Positions 30,107 to 39,484 of a DNA stretch of 64,000 bases are shown here, piece after piece. The notes under the pieces were generated by a model that was not told where the DNA came from, did not search any database, and saw only the letters and a list, made by a program, of their open reading frames with translations. The stretch lies in contig CAXXJV010000002.1 of the NCBI GenBank assembly GCA_963663475.2, positions 96,001 through 160,000 on the forward strand, in the 5' to 3' direction. Positions within the stretch are counted from its first letter, which is position 1. Every line of letters begins with the position of its first letter. A program made the translations under genes and the position numbers. The DNA is from Candidatus Cloacimonadales bacterium (GTDB lineage Bacteria > Cloacimonadota > Cloacimonadia > Cloacimonadales > JAFGVF01).

Positions 30107-30222
30107 GTGGAAGCGTCTCGCTTCCACAAAACCAAGCTTGAAAAGCTTGGTGCGGCAGGGATGCCCACGTTCCCAGTTAGTGTGGCAAGATGCCTTTATG
30201 GAGTGGAAGCATCCTTGCTTCC
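30101..30222. repeat. Tandem REP-like GC-rich hairpin units; second unit interrupted by IS21
   Basis: TATGGAGTGGAAGC-n-GCTTCCACAAAACCAAGCTTGAAAAGCTTGGTGC at 30101; the second unit starts at 30197 and resumes at 32588 after the IS. Confidence 0.8.
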
Positions 30223-30291
30223 TGTCAATGGAAGTTTAAACTGGTACACTTTTGGAAGTCATAACTGGTACACTGTTGTAAACATTTTTTT

Positions 30292-31020
30292 CTACATTTT
30301 TCCTTTCATTCGATAGCTATTTCCATCGATCAGGATAGTTTCAGCATGATGGACTAATCTGTCGACTATTGCTGTAGTGATAACATTATCTCCAAAAGAT
30401 TCTCCCCATTCTTGAAAAAGTCTGTTTGAGGTTATTATGACTGATCTGAATTCATAAAGTTCATTAACAAGCTTAAAGAATAAACTTGCATTAACTGCCT
30501 TAATAGGTAAATATCCTATTTCATCAATAATGATTAAATCATTTTTTACTAATTTAGATATCCACTTTTTAAAATCATTTTCATTATTGGCTATAATCAT
30601 TTCATCGATTAATTCATTCATATTGTAAAATATTACCTTGTATCCTTTCAAAATAGCTTCATATCCCAAGGCAATAGATATATGCGTCTTACCAACCCCT
30701 GGAGGTCCCATTAATATTTTGTTTTCTCTGTTATCGATCCAATTAAACTCCTTCCACTCTGTTATCATTCTTTTAGTTACTGAATGCTGATATTTAAAAT
30801 CGAACTCATCAAAATTCTTTAATATTGGGAAATTTGCCCTTCTTAATTGCAAAGATATCAATGTCTGATTTCTGCTATTGCATTCATTTTCAATAACATA
30901 AGATAAAAAACTAAGATATGATAATTCTTTATCTTGTGCATATTTTAAATATGATTCTAAATTATTAATTGTATGTCTGCATCTAATTCTTAATAAATTT
31001 TTCCTTAAATTTTCTATCAT
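30292..31020 (-). CDS. istB: IS21 helper ATPase
   Basis: FDFKYQ, GPPGVGKTH, IIDEIGY, ITSN, DRLVHH, GNSYR. Confidence 0.96.
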   Translation of the reverse strand: MIENLRKNLLRIRCRHTINNLESYLKYAQDKELSYLSFLSYVIENECNSRNQTLISLQLRRANFPILKNFDEFDFKYQHSVTKRMITEWKEFNWIDNRENKILMGPPGVGKTHISIALGYEAILKGYKVIFYNMNELIDEMIIANNENDFKKWISKLVKNDLIIIDEIGYLPIKAVNASLFFKLVNELYEFRSVIITSNRLFQEWGESFGDNVITTAIVDRLVHHAETILIDGNSYRMKGKM

Positions 31021-32498
31021 TTTATTATCCTATCATATATTGATAAATCTCTTTTAATTAAAGATTTTTTAGTGTTTTCTTGATTGTATGAATTAGCCTT
31101 TTTGATGTTTAGCAATTTGTATTTTTTGTTTTCTTCATTAACTATACTTTCAATTTTAGTTGCTCTTATATCTTCTAATTTAAGAACTTTGGAAATTATT
31201 ATTGACCAATTAAGATGTTTATTATTATTAATAAATTTAAGTAATGCTAAAAGTTGCTCTCTTGGATTTTTGCTGTTGTTTGAAATAAGAGAATCTAGCA
31301 AAATGGAGATATTAATCTTATTGGGGAATAATGCCTTAATTTCTTCTTTTAATTTCTCAATTGTTTGAGAATAATCGATATAATGACATTGAGATATAAT
31401 AGGTCTTCTTTTTTCTTGTGATAATCTGTGAGAAGCAACTTTTTTTCTACTCTTAGTATCTAATATTTCCAAAGAAGTTCCATTCTCTCTTACATATACA
31501 CTCTTTTGCTGATAGAGATAAGGTACAGAATATTTATTTCTTTTCCAGGATATTAATCCTGTTTTATCTACTTTTCTAAGTTCTTCGATATATAAATTAT
31601 AGGATCTAAGGATCTTCTCTTCTTCTTTAAACATATTGCGTGGAGTTTCATTTAAGGAACTGTGAATTCGATTATTAACCTCTTCAAACCAATCTTTTGC
31701 TCTAACTCTTACTTCTGACAAACCACTAAAAACTTCACCATAAAGAAAATCTTCTTTTACTTCTCTAACTGCTCTTTCAACTAATCCCTTACTCTCAGGA
31801 TCATAACCCTCACAAGAATATGGATTTATTGATAGATTGTTCATAAATTGGAAAAACTTACTATTATAAGTAACCTCTCTATATATTTCTTTGATTACTA
31901 CTAGTTTTGTTTGATCATAAATCATTGTCTCTGGTATATATCCGTAATATTCAAAACATTCTTTATGAGCACTAATAAAATCATCTGTATTATATGGCTT
32001 AAACTGGAAATGCACAAAAGTCATTCTTGAATAGCAATATTTAAACACGCAAAAATATATCTTTTTCCGCTCTTTATTTGATAGTTTAATATAACATTCT
32101 CCAGGATCTACTTGCATCTGAATCCCTGGCTTATAACTTACGACTTTGTAATATCTTTTTGTTGGTAGTTCTAAGCTCTCTTTAATTCTTTTAGAAAAAT
32201 TAAAAAAACCTCTTTGACTTATCTGTAAATCTTCATAATCTCTCTTAAATATTTTGTATAATTTGCTTAGTCTCATCTTTGGATTTGATGATATTTTCTG
32301 AGTTATTGCTTCTCTGTGAACTTCTAAAACACTCGGTCTTCTAACTTTTGTTAAAAGCTCTTCTACTTCATTATCAGGTACATTTAAATAGCGTAAAACA
32401 GTTGTTTTAGATACTTTTAACTGCTTGGCTATATCTCTTACACTATTACCTGCTTTGCTTAACGACTTGATTGCATGATACACTTTGGCTCCTTTCAT
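31017..32498 (-). CDS. istA: IS21 DDE transposase
   Basis: N-terminal HTH, QVDPG, YSR, YDQTK, KGLVE, N-x-YSVP. Confidence 0.95.
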   Translation of the reverse strand: MKGAKVYHAIKSLSKAGNSVRDIAKQLKVSKTTVLRYLNVPDNEVEELLTKVRRPSVLEVHREAITQKISSNPKMRLSKLYKIFKRDYEDLQISQRGFFNFSKRIKESLELPTKRYYKVVSYKPGIQMQVDPGECYIKLSNKERKKIYFCVFKYCYSRMTFVHFQFKPYNTDDFISAHKECFEYYGYIPETMIYDQTKLVVIKEIYREVTYNSKFFQFMNNLSINPYSCEGYDPESKGLVERAVREVKEDFLYGEVFSGLSEVRVRAKDWFEEVNNRIHSSLNETPRNMFKEEEKILRSYNLYIEELRKVDKTGLISWKRNKYSVPYLYQQKSVYVRENGTSLEILDTKSRKKVASHRLSQEKRRPIISQCHYIDYSQTIEKLKEEIKALFPNKINISILLDSLISNNSKNPREQLLALLKFINNNKHLNWSIIISKVLKLEDIRATKIESIVNEENKKYKLLNIKKANSYNQENTKKSLIKRDLSIYDRIIK

Positions 32499-32704
32499 AT
32501 TGTCTCCAGGAATTTTTACTTTTTTACTCCTGAAAACTGTACCAGATTAAACTGCCATTTGTGTACCAGTTTAAACTTCCATCTACACTTCCACAAAACC
32601 AAGCTTGAAAAGCTTGGTGCCGGCAGGGATGCCAGCGCTCCCAGTCTATGGTACATTATCTCAAATAACGACCTAACCCTGTAAGGGATTAATAGAAAGC
32701 TTGC

Positions 32705-33047
32705 AAGTTTAATTAATAAGTATGGATCTCTTTTAAGTAGAGTTGGTACTACTATAATACTAAAAAAATACTAGAATTTTTTCTTGAAACTAATGGCGGA
32801 AGAGGCCGTCCAGACTGTGTAAAAAGAAATAGTCTATCCACGGATTACACGAATTTCACGAATTACTTTTTGCTAAAAAGCAAAAAAAAGAGAAGATAGG
32901 AGATCCTTAATACAGAGTTCACAGAGCTTGCCACAGAGTTACACAGAGTTTAGGAAAAAATTAGCTTGCTAAAAGTCTGCCCGTATTTGGGTCGCGGGAT
33001 TCCAGCCCGCGTTTACGCAGATGACAAGCGGTTACGGGGCCTATGGA
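32705..33047. repeat. 343-bp direct repeat, copy 2
   Basis: Near-identical to 29764-30106. Confidence 0.93.
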
Positions 33048-33171
33048 ATAATCTTACATCATAGAATATAAGGATATTCATGACTATATAATAAGTTTAA
33101 GCCTTTTAATCCGAAGTCCCTTACCTACGCTTGAGGAATACCGGTCTTATCAATACCCTTATCATCCTTAT

Positions 33172-33232
33172 TCCTTCCTTTACAGTCTTTCGATGAAACT
33201 GGGACTTTCATCGAAAGACTGTAAAGGAAGGA
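33172..33232. repeat. Palindrome family, copy 2 (27-bp perfect arms)
   Basis: TCCTTCCTTTACAGTCTTTCGATGAAA-ctgggac-TTTCATCGAAAGACTGTAAAGGAAGGA. Confidence 0.9.
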
Positions 33233-33337
33233 TTAGGGATGAATAGAGGAGAATATAGTTTTTTCTCAGTAATAATTGTGAAATAAAATAGGGTCTTTCA
33301 GGATAAAGTATTGGGAAGAAGGTGGCTTGATGGTTGA

Positions 33338-33530
33338 ACCCAATAATGCATTAGATCTTTGCGAATAGCAGAATCTTCTTTTGCAAGAGTAAGCTACATA
33401 ATTTTCATGAAAATATATATATTATGCATTCAAATTCTGTGACTTATTTTGCTAACAGAATCTAGCACTCTTCACCTGTGATAGGTAGCTTTAGCAAAAT
33501 ATCATCAAAGTTCAAATGCACTATTCGGGT
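33338..33530. mobile_element. Hairpin MITE family, diverged copy with ~30-bp insertion
   Basis: ACCCAATAATGCATT...AATGCACTATTCGGGT, flanked by TGA/TGA. Confidence 0.8.
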
Positions 33531-33635
33531 TGAACAGTCTCTAAATAAGATTCGATTAAAAAATATCTTTTTTTATTGACAAATTATCCCTTACCTACAA
33601 AAAGAAGAGAAAATGAGTTTCTAATGGAGAATTAT

Positions 33636-34586
33636 ATGAAAAATATTCTGATTCTTGGTGCTGCTGGTCAAATAGGTTCTGAATTAGTTCCTTACCTTAG
33701 AGAAAGATATGGTGCTAACAATGTTGTAGCTACTGATGTTCATAGTAATTGCGGTCCTGCTGTAACAGAAGGTGGACCTTTTGTAGTATGTGATGCTTTA
33801 GATGCTAAAAAACTAAATGAATTAGTTGATAAGTACAAAATTGATACTATTTATAATTTGGTTGCTATGTTGTCTGCAAAAGCAGAAGCTGATCCAAAAT
33901 TTGGTTGGGATTTAAACATGGGTGTCTTATTCAATTGTTTAGAGATTGCCAGAGAAAAGAAAGTTGCAGTCTTTACTCCAAGTTCTATTGGAGCTTTTGG
34001 TCCTGAAACTCCTCTTGATAATACTCCTCAAGATACAATCATGCGACCTAAAACTATCTATGGTGTATCTAAAGTAGCTGGTGAGTTATTAGCAGATTAC
34101 TATGTAAAAAGATTCGGAATTGATGCACGTGGAGTTCGTTATCCAGGTATCATTTCTTATGTTACACTACCTGGTGGTGGCACAACAGATTATGCTGTGG
34201 AAATATACTATGAAGCAATTAAGCAAAAAACTTATTCATCTAATTTAAAAGCTGGAACTTATCTTGATATGATGTATATGCCAGATGCTTTAAAAGCTGC
34301 TGTGGAAGTAATGGAAGCAGATCCTGCAAAACTTATTCATAGAAACTGTTTTAATGTAGCTTCAATGAGTTTTGATCCAGAAATAATTGCAAATGAAATT
34401 AAAAAGCACATTCCTGATTTTACCTTAACTTATAATGTAGATCCAATGAAACAAGCTATTGCTGAAAGCTGGCCTAATAGTATGGATGATTCAGCTGCAA
34501 GACAAGAATGGGGATGGAATCCTAGTTATAATTTAGAAAGTATGACTGTTGATATGTTAGAAAAATTAAAAGAGAAACTTAAATAA
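33636..34586 (+). CDS. SDR-type L-threonine 3-dehydrogenase
   Basis: GAAGQIG, PSSIGAFG, YGVSK, PGGGTTDYAV, MMYMPDA, SWP; start ATG 33636 after GGAG. Confidence 0.88.
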   Translation: MKNILILGAAGQIGSELVPYLRERYGANNVVATDVHSNCGPAVTEGGPFVVCDALDAKKLNELVDKYKIDTIYNLVAMLSAKAEADPKFGWDLNMGVLFNCLEIAREKKVAVFTPSSIGAFGPETPLDNTPQDTIMRPKTIYGVSKVAGELLADYYVKRFGIDARGVRYPGIISYVTLPGGGTTDYAVEIYYEAIKQKTYSSNLKAGTYLDMMYMPDALKAAVEVMEADPAKLIHRNCFNVASMSFDPEIIANEIKKHIPDFTLTYNVDPMKQAIAESWPNSMDDSAARQEWGWNPSYNLESMTVDMLEKLKEKLK

Positions 34587-34605
34587 TTTCAATTAATTAT
34601 AAATG

Positions 34606-34632
34606 AAAAAGGGACGATTAATCGTCCCTTTT
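34606..34632. terminator. Bidirectional terminator between convergent genes
   Basis: AAAAAGGGACGATTAATCGTCCCTTTT palindrome with A and T tails. Confidence 0.85.
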
Positions 34633-34649
34633 CTATATTTTGAGTTTTA

Positions 34650-34813
34650 ACCCAAATAATGCAGTAGACCTTTGCGAATAGCACTATCTTCTTTTGCAAA
34701 AGTAAGCTACATAATTTTCAGGAATATATATATTATATGCCTTCAAATTCTGTAACTTATTTTGCTAAAAGAATCTAGCACTCTTCATCAAAGTTCTACT
34801 GCACCATTCGGGT
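34650..34813. mobile_element. Hairpin MITE family, full-length copy (subtype A, 164 bp)
   Basis: ACCCAAATAATGCAGTAG...CTACTGCACCATTCGGGT, TTA/TTA flanks; one difference seen versus 52783-52946. Confidence 0.9.
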
Positions 34814-34817
34814 TTAA

Positions 34818-34855
34818 ACCCAAATAATGCACTATTATCTAAGCACCATTCGGAT
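34818..34855. mobile_element. Hairpin MITE family, short tandem copy abutting the tldD stop codon
   Basis: ACCCAAATAATGCAC...GCACCATTCGGAT. Confidence 0.65.
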
Positions 34856-36298
34856 TTAGGCTTTTACATTACATACGATATTTTTAAATCTAGCAGGAGC
34901 AACACCATGTGAAAGGTGCATAGCTTGGCCAGGTTCACCTTTTCCACAGTAAGAAGTACCATGGAATTTCCATTCTGATTCAGAGCATACACCATCACAA
35001 GCAGCCCAGAATTCAGGAGTAATACCAAAATAAGTAGGTTCTTTCACGATACCAACTATTTGGCCATCAACAATTTTATAACCAATTTCGGTAGTGAATT
35101 GGAAGTTGTTTCTATTATCATCAATTGACCAAGTTTTAGTGAAATCAATGTAATATCCACGTTCTGTAGATTTGATAAGGTCTTCTAAAGAACCAGCTTT
35201 ACCAGGAGCTAAACAGAAGTTAGTCATTCTAACTAGAGGGAAATCATCTGCAAAAGATGCCATCATATTAGAAGAAGCTTCTAGGCCTAATTGTGGAGCT
35301 ATTTCTCGAGAAGTTTGTTGGTCTAAGAGAATACCATCTTTTATGATATCAACTCTTCTTCCTGGAACACCTTCATCATCAACTATGTGATAACCAATAC
35401 CACGTGGGTCAGTTGAATCACTATAGATATTGACATGCTCAGAACCATATTGGAAGTTTCCTAGCATTTCAGGCTTAATAAAGGTTTTACCAGCATAAGA
35501 AATTTCCATACCTAAGATTCTATCTGCTTCAGTGGCATGACCAACACTTTCATGAAGCTGTAAAGCAAGATGACCACCGCCGATAATAATGTCTGCTCTT
35601 TCTTCTTCAATAGTAGGAGCATCAAGTAAGTCAATGACTTCTTTAACTATTCTATCAACATTTTCTTCAAGTTTAGCATTTCTTACAACCTCAAAACCAC
35701 CTCTTTGAGTAGACATATGTCCTGGCCAGGTTCTGGTTTGCATGCCATTATTATTGACAGCAATAACCGACATAGAAGGCATAGTATCATAGACAAGGCT
35801 ATCAACAAAAGTTCCTTCTGTATTAGCATAGATTTTGTATTGTCTGTAAAAATCAGCATGAACTGAAGAGTGAATAATCTGAGAGTTTTCGTTTAGCTTA
35901 TTAGCAATATTTTGGAAATACTCAATTTTTTGATCATCAGGCATGGAGAAGGGGTCTTCAGTAGGTGTAAAGAAATAGGAAGCTTGGGTAGGCTGAATTG
36001 CTTTAAAGGCTACTGGAGTGTGTCTGAATTTAGCACTATGTTTTGCATTGCTGATAGCAAGTTTAATTAAAGAATCAACTTTTCTAACATCAATTACATC
36101 AGTACCAGCAAAGCCCCAACATCCATCAACCAAAACTCTTATTCCGAGGGCTTCTGCATCAGTTGATTTGGAAATATGTTTAAGATTCTTCTTTTCAAAG
36201 AAGATAGTTTGACTATCTGAAGATGTGAATCTTACATCTCCAAACTGAATATCTTGTCTATTTAATTTATTAATTATATCATAGATTAGCTTTTTCAT
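34856..36298 (-). CDS. tldD: TldD metalloprotease subunit
   Basis: GIRVL...WGFA, LHESVGHATEADR (HExxGH), DDEGV, RMTN, CGKGEPGQ. Confidence 0.92.
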   Translation of the reverse strand: MKKLIYDIINKLNRQDIQFGDVRFTSSDSQTIFFEKKNLKHISKSTDAEALGIRVLVDGCWGFAGTDVIDVRKVDSLIKLAISNAKHSAKFRHTPVAFKAIQPTQASYFFTPTEDPFSMPDDQKIEYFQNIANKLNENSQIIHSSVHADFYRQYKIYANTEGTFVDSLVYDTMPSMSVIAVNNNGMQTRTWPGHMSTQRGGFEVVRNAKLEENVDRIVKEVIDLLDAPTIEEERADIIIGGGHLALQLHESVGHATEADRILGMEISYAGKTFIKPEMLGNFQYGSEHVNIYSDSTDPRGIGYHIVDDEGVPGRRVDIIKDGILLDQQTSREIAPQLGLEASSNMMASFADDFPLVRMTNFCLAPGKAGSLEDLIKSTERGYYIDFTKTWSIDDNRNNFQFTTEIGYKIVDGQIVGIVKEPTYFGITPEFWAACDGVCSESEWKFHGTSYCGKGEPGQAMHLSHGVAPARFKNIVCNVKA

Positions 36299-36307
36299 TA
36301 GACTCTC

Positions 36308-37639
36308 CTATATTGTTTTGGTAGATGAAGTTATGTGGAATTTACCCACTTTAACATGTGGCATCTTTACTGAAGAAATACCAAAGGAACCATAGTTAGA
36401 AGAGAAGGGTATTACAAAGCTTTTATTTTCAATTTCTGTAATATTCTCTAGGATAGAGCTTATCTTTTCAGTAAATCTGAGGTTATTAACAACCTTTGTT
36501 ATCTTGCCATCTTCAATTAAGAATGTTCCATCACGAGTTAAACCTGTAAGAGAAGTTTCCTTTACATTGATGAAGTTCATGTAGTGAAGACTAGAGATAT
36601 AGATGCCTTTCTTAACACCTGAAATCATTTCATCAAGGGATTTATCACCTTCTTTCATTACCAAACAGGATGCTTGATTACCATTGATTGGCATATCCAT
36701 TTTAAGTCCATAATAGGTATTCACTAAATAATTTTTGAAAACACCATTTTCAATTAAAATTAATTTATCTAACTTATGCCCTTCGCCATTATAGTCAAAG
36801 GTGACTAAATCTGCATCATGTGGGTCGTCATACACAGTGATGTTGCTAGGGAAAATTTGCTTGTTTTCTTTACCTTCAAAGAAGGAAGATTTACGATCCA
36901 TTGAGCCTGCCCAGAATGAAGAACCTAAATAGCTCAAATACTCACCAATACAACGGGGAGCTAAGATAACTTCATAATGACCTGCATCTAAATCAACTAT
37001 ATCAGCACAGCCAGCTATTAGTTTTCTTTCAAAACTTTCTAGTGCACTATCAAAGTCTAAATTATTAATATTTTCTCCCCCTAATGATTCTAGGATGGTG
37101 ACCATGTTTTTGTCGGCTACACCTTTAATTTCTAACATGATTGGGGAATTATAATTAATCTTATCAACTCCATTAGAATTGAGCATAGTTTCTACTTCAT
37201 AATTACAGATGAAAGTACCAAATATCTTAAAGCCATGCTTGCTAGCAACAGAAGCAAACTTCTCTAAAACTTTAATTTTCTCTTCTAAGGATAAGATCTT
37301 AATATTGTTATCTTTAGCTATTTCATCACTCTTGCTAAGATCTTGTTCAATATCTATGAAATCTTCATCATTAGGGAGTTTATTAATTAAATCAAAAGAC
37401 TCTTCTAATTTATAGCTTAGCTTCTTAACATCAGGGTCTGATATTGAGAATGATAATGATTTTTTACCATGGAATATTTGTACTCCTAGTCCTTGACTAT
37501 TCTTACTTATGTTGTAGTTAACTTGACTTTGGTAAAAGCGAAGGAAATCAGTTTGCCAAGACTTATGACTAAAGACAAATTTATAATCTTTATGTGTGGC
37601 AATAACTTCCTCGAGGAATTTTCTTAATTGTTCTTGCAT
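36308..37639 (-). CDS. tldE: TldE/PmbA-family subunit
   Basis: TldD/PmbA fold motifs (FDxxG, LIENGV, TGLTRDGTFLIEDG, NLRF) without HExxH; adjacent to tldD. Confidence 0.82.
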   Translation of the reverse strand: MQEQLRKFLEEVIATHKDYKFVFSHKSWQTDFLRFYQSQVNYNISKNSQGLGVQIFHGKKSLSFSISDPDVKKLSYKLEESFDLINKLPNDEDFIDIEQDLSKSDEIAKDNNIKILSLEEKIKVLEKFASVASKHGFKIFGTFICNYEVETMLNSNGVDKINYNSPIMLEIKGVADKNMVTILESLGGENINNLDFDSALESFERKLIAGCADIVDLDAGHYEVILAPRCIGEYLSYLGSSFWAGSMDRKSSFFEGKENKQIFPSNITVYDDPHDADLVTFDYNGEGHKLDKLILIENGVFKNYLVNTYYGLKMDMPINGNQASCLVMKEGDKSLDEMISGVKKGIYISSLHYMNFINVKETSLTGLTRDGTFLIEDGKITKVVNNLRFTEKISSILENITEIENKSFVIPFSSNYGSFGISSVKMPHVKVGKFHITSSTKTI

Positions 37640-37651
37640 TACTAACTCCTA

Positions 37652-38950
37652 TTAATAGTAATTTAGGGTTGTAGCCTGGAAATCCCTTTTGATTAGTTTT
37701 CCAAACCCTCTTTCGTCTCGAATACCTTCTGAAATATCATATATTTTCTCTCCCCTAAGATAGGTTTGAGTTACTTTACAGTTAATCTCTACATTTTTAA
37801 AGGAAGAATAAGGATCAATATCTTCTTCTTTCAAATTAGGATCAATCACTACAAAATCAGCATGCTTATCTTTTTCAAAAGAACCTTTAACATGATCAAT
37901 ACCAAGGATTTTAGATGGATTACCAGCTAACATTCTTTCTAGATTCCCCAAAGTCATTCTCTTTGATAAATAGTATTCTGAGAATAAATAAGGGAGCATA
38001 TACTGTAGATCTAGATAGTTGACCACACCTGCAAAATCTTCCTCTGTATAATTTAAATCTTGATTTATAAAACCACTATCGGTTGAAATAGATGGAACTT
38101 TACCAGTTTGTATCAAACTATCAATTGATAAGTTAGTGTTATTTTCTTGTACTCCTGGCAGATACATACTTTCTTTATTTGCTAAAAAATAATGAGGATT
38201 GATATCATATGTACAATGATACTTTTTGGTTGAATTCATTACAAAATCAACTATCTCAGGAGAAACAATGTTAAATAAATGAACTTGAGTCTCTTGTGAC
38301 CTTCTAAAAAGTTTTTTTACAGCTTCGAATTGATACTTACTAATATCGCGCGGGTCAGCATTCTTACTCTTACAATAGTTTGGGAAATCTAAGGGGAAAA
38401 CACCAAAGAGGATTTGAGAATTTGAGAAGTCTGTGAATAACTCTAATATCTCTTCATAATCTAATGGTGAAATAGTATCATTGTTACTGTAGAGATAAAA
38501 CTCAACACCAACCACGCCATTCTTAGATAGCTCTGATATTTCTTCATTATAGTAAGGGTAGTCATCACTGTTTATCAGACCCCATATACCATAGTCAATT
38601 AGAGAATTATTCTCATAAAGTTTTGCTATTGAAGAAAAGTTATAGCCTTCAGTGAGAGGAGAATCGGTATTGCTAGAGCTATCCGCTATGTAAGTAATAC
38701 CCCCTCTTGCAGCTGCTTTTGAAGCATTGAAGAAATAGTTTTGCCAGTTCTCATGATCTGATCTAAAATGAGTATGAACATCAATCCCACCAGGTAACAC
38801 AATTTTTCCATCAAGATCAATTATTGTTGTGTTTTCTGGGGGAGTAATTGAATCTTCGCGTACATCAACAATTTTTTCGTCGAATAAAATATCAACTTTT
38901 CTCTCCTTGGTTATCCCAGCAGAGATAGTTGCATTCTTAAATAGTATCAT
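37652..38950 (-). CDS. Amidohydrolase superfamily protein (allantoinase/dihydroorotase-like), metal site apparently degenerate
   Basis: LPGGIDVHTH, AAARGGIT, STD, NPSKILG...KG...ADFV, TYLRG. Confidence 0.8.
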   Translation of the reverse strand: MILFKNATISAGITKERKVDILFDEKIVDVREDSITPPENTTIIDLDGKIVLPGGIDVHTHFRSDHENWQNYFFNASKAAARGGITYIADSSSNTDSPLTEGYNFSSIAKLYENNSLIDYGIWGLINSDDYPYYNEEISELSKNGVVGVEFYLYSNNDTISPLDYEEILELFTDFSNSQILFGVFPLDFPNYCKSKNADPRDISKYQFEAVKKLFRRSQETQVHLFNIVSPEIVDFVMNSTKKYHCTYDINPHYFLANKESMYLPGVQENNTNLSIDSLIQTGKVPSISTDSGFINQDLNYTEEDFAGVVNYLDLQYMLPYLFSEYYLSKRMTLGNLERMLAGNPSKILGIDHVKGSFEKDKHADFVVIDPNLKEEDIDPYSSFKNVEINCKVTQTYLRGEKIYDISEGIRDERGFGKLIKRDFQATTLNYY

Positions 38951-39013
38951 TATCGTTCCTTATTAAGTATAAATAACATTTAACAGTGGAAAATTATATT
39001 AAATCTTATAAAC

Positions 39014-39042
39014 ATAATATTGGAATTTGCATTTTCTGTCAA
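39014..39042 (-). promoter_or_regulatory. Sigma70-type promoter for the amidohydrolase-tldE-tldD operon
   Basis: TTGACA-17 nt-TATTAT on the minus strand. Confidence 0.6.
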
Positions 39043-39096
39043 TTAATTTCTTGAAATATGAGTTTTTAAAAATAAAAAGACAGAAAAAGAGCTTAA

Positions 39097-39259
39097 ACCC
39101 AAATAATGCAGTAGACCTTTATGAATAGCACTATATTCTTCTGCAAATTAACTTACATAATTTCTCCGAATATATAAAATATATGCGTCAAAATTCTGTA
39201 AGCTATTTTGCTAAAAGAATCTAGCACTCTTCACTAAAGTTCTACTGCACTATCTTGGT
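39097..39259. mobile_element. Hairpin MITE family, full-length copy
   Basis: ACCCAAATAATGCAGTAG...CTACTGCACTATCTTGGT, TAA/TAA flanks; a further single-end fragment lies at about 39335-39368. Confidence 0.85.
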
Positions 39260-39484
39260 TAAAATTATGAAAACTAATGTAAAAGAAGAGAATTGATGCT
39301 TGTAATACAATTGCTAAGTAGGATTTTTTGAAATGCTATTCGCAAAGTTCTACTGCAGCATTCGGGGTAAAGATGATTAATACTTTTTCAAAAGCTAAAG
39401 CTCTCCTAGGCTAGCTGGGATTAAGAAATAGTTTGACTGATTTTCCCACACAAAAAAACTTTAAAAAAATAATAGGGAGACAAT

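Larger units (their letters stand above)
30223..32587 (-). mobile_element. IS21-family insertion sequence, complete (2365 bp)
   Basis: TG...CA ends; IR core ATGGAAGTTTAAACTGGTACAC with an internal sub-repeat at both ends; 5-bp target duplication CTTCC (30218-30222 / 32588-32592); istA+istB. Confidence 0.95.

Noticed and set aside
30080-30316. 78-aa ORF (also 32475-32684)
   Set aside because: Translations of the REP-like repeats and IS21 ends; no RBS or protein features.
30223-32587. IS21 as the mobiliser of the hairpin MITE
   Set aside because: Ends (TG...CA, 5-bp duplication) are unrelated to ACCC...GGGT with 3-bp duplication.
26714-33047. Retron (PtuAB plus nearby structured non-coding DNA)
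   Set aside because: No reverse transcriptase ORF in the window and no msr/msd layout that I can identify.
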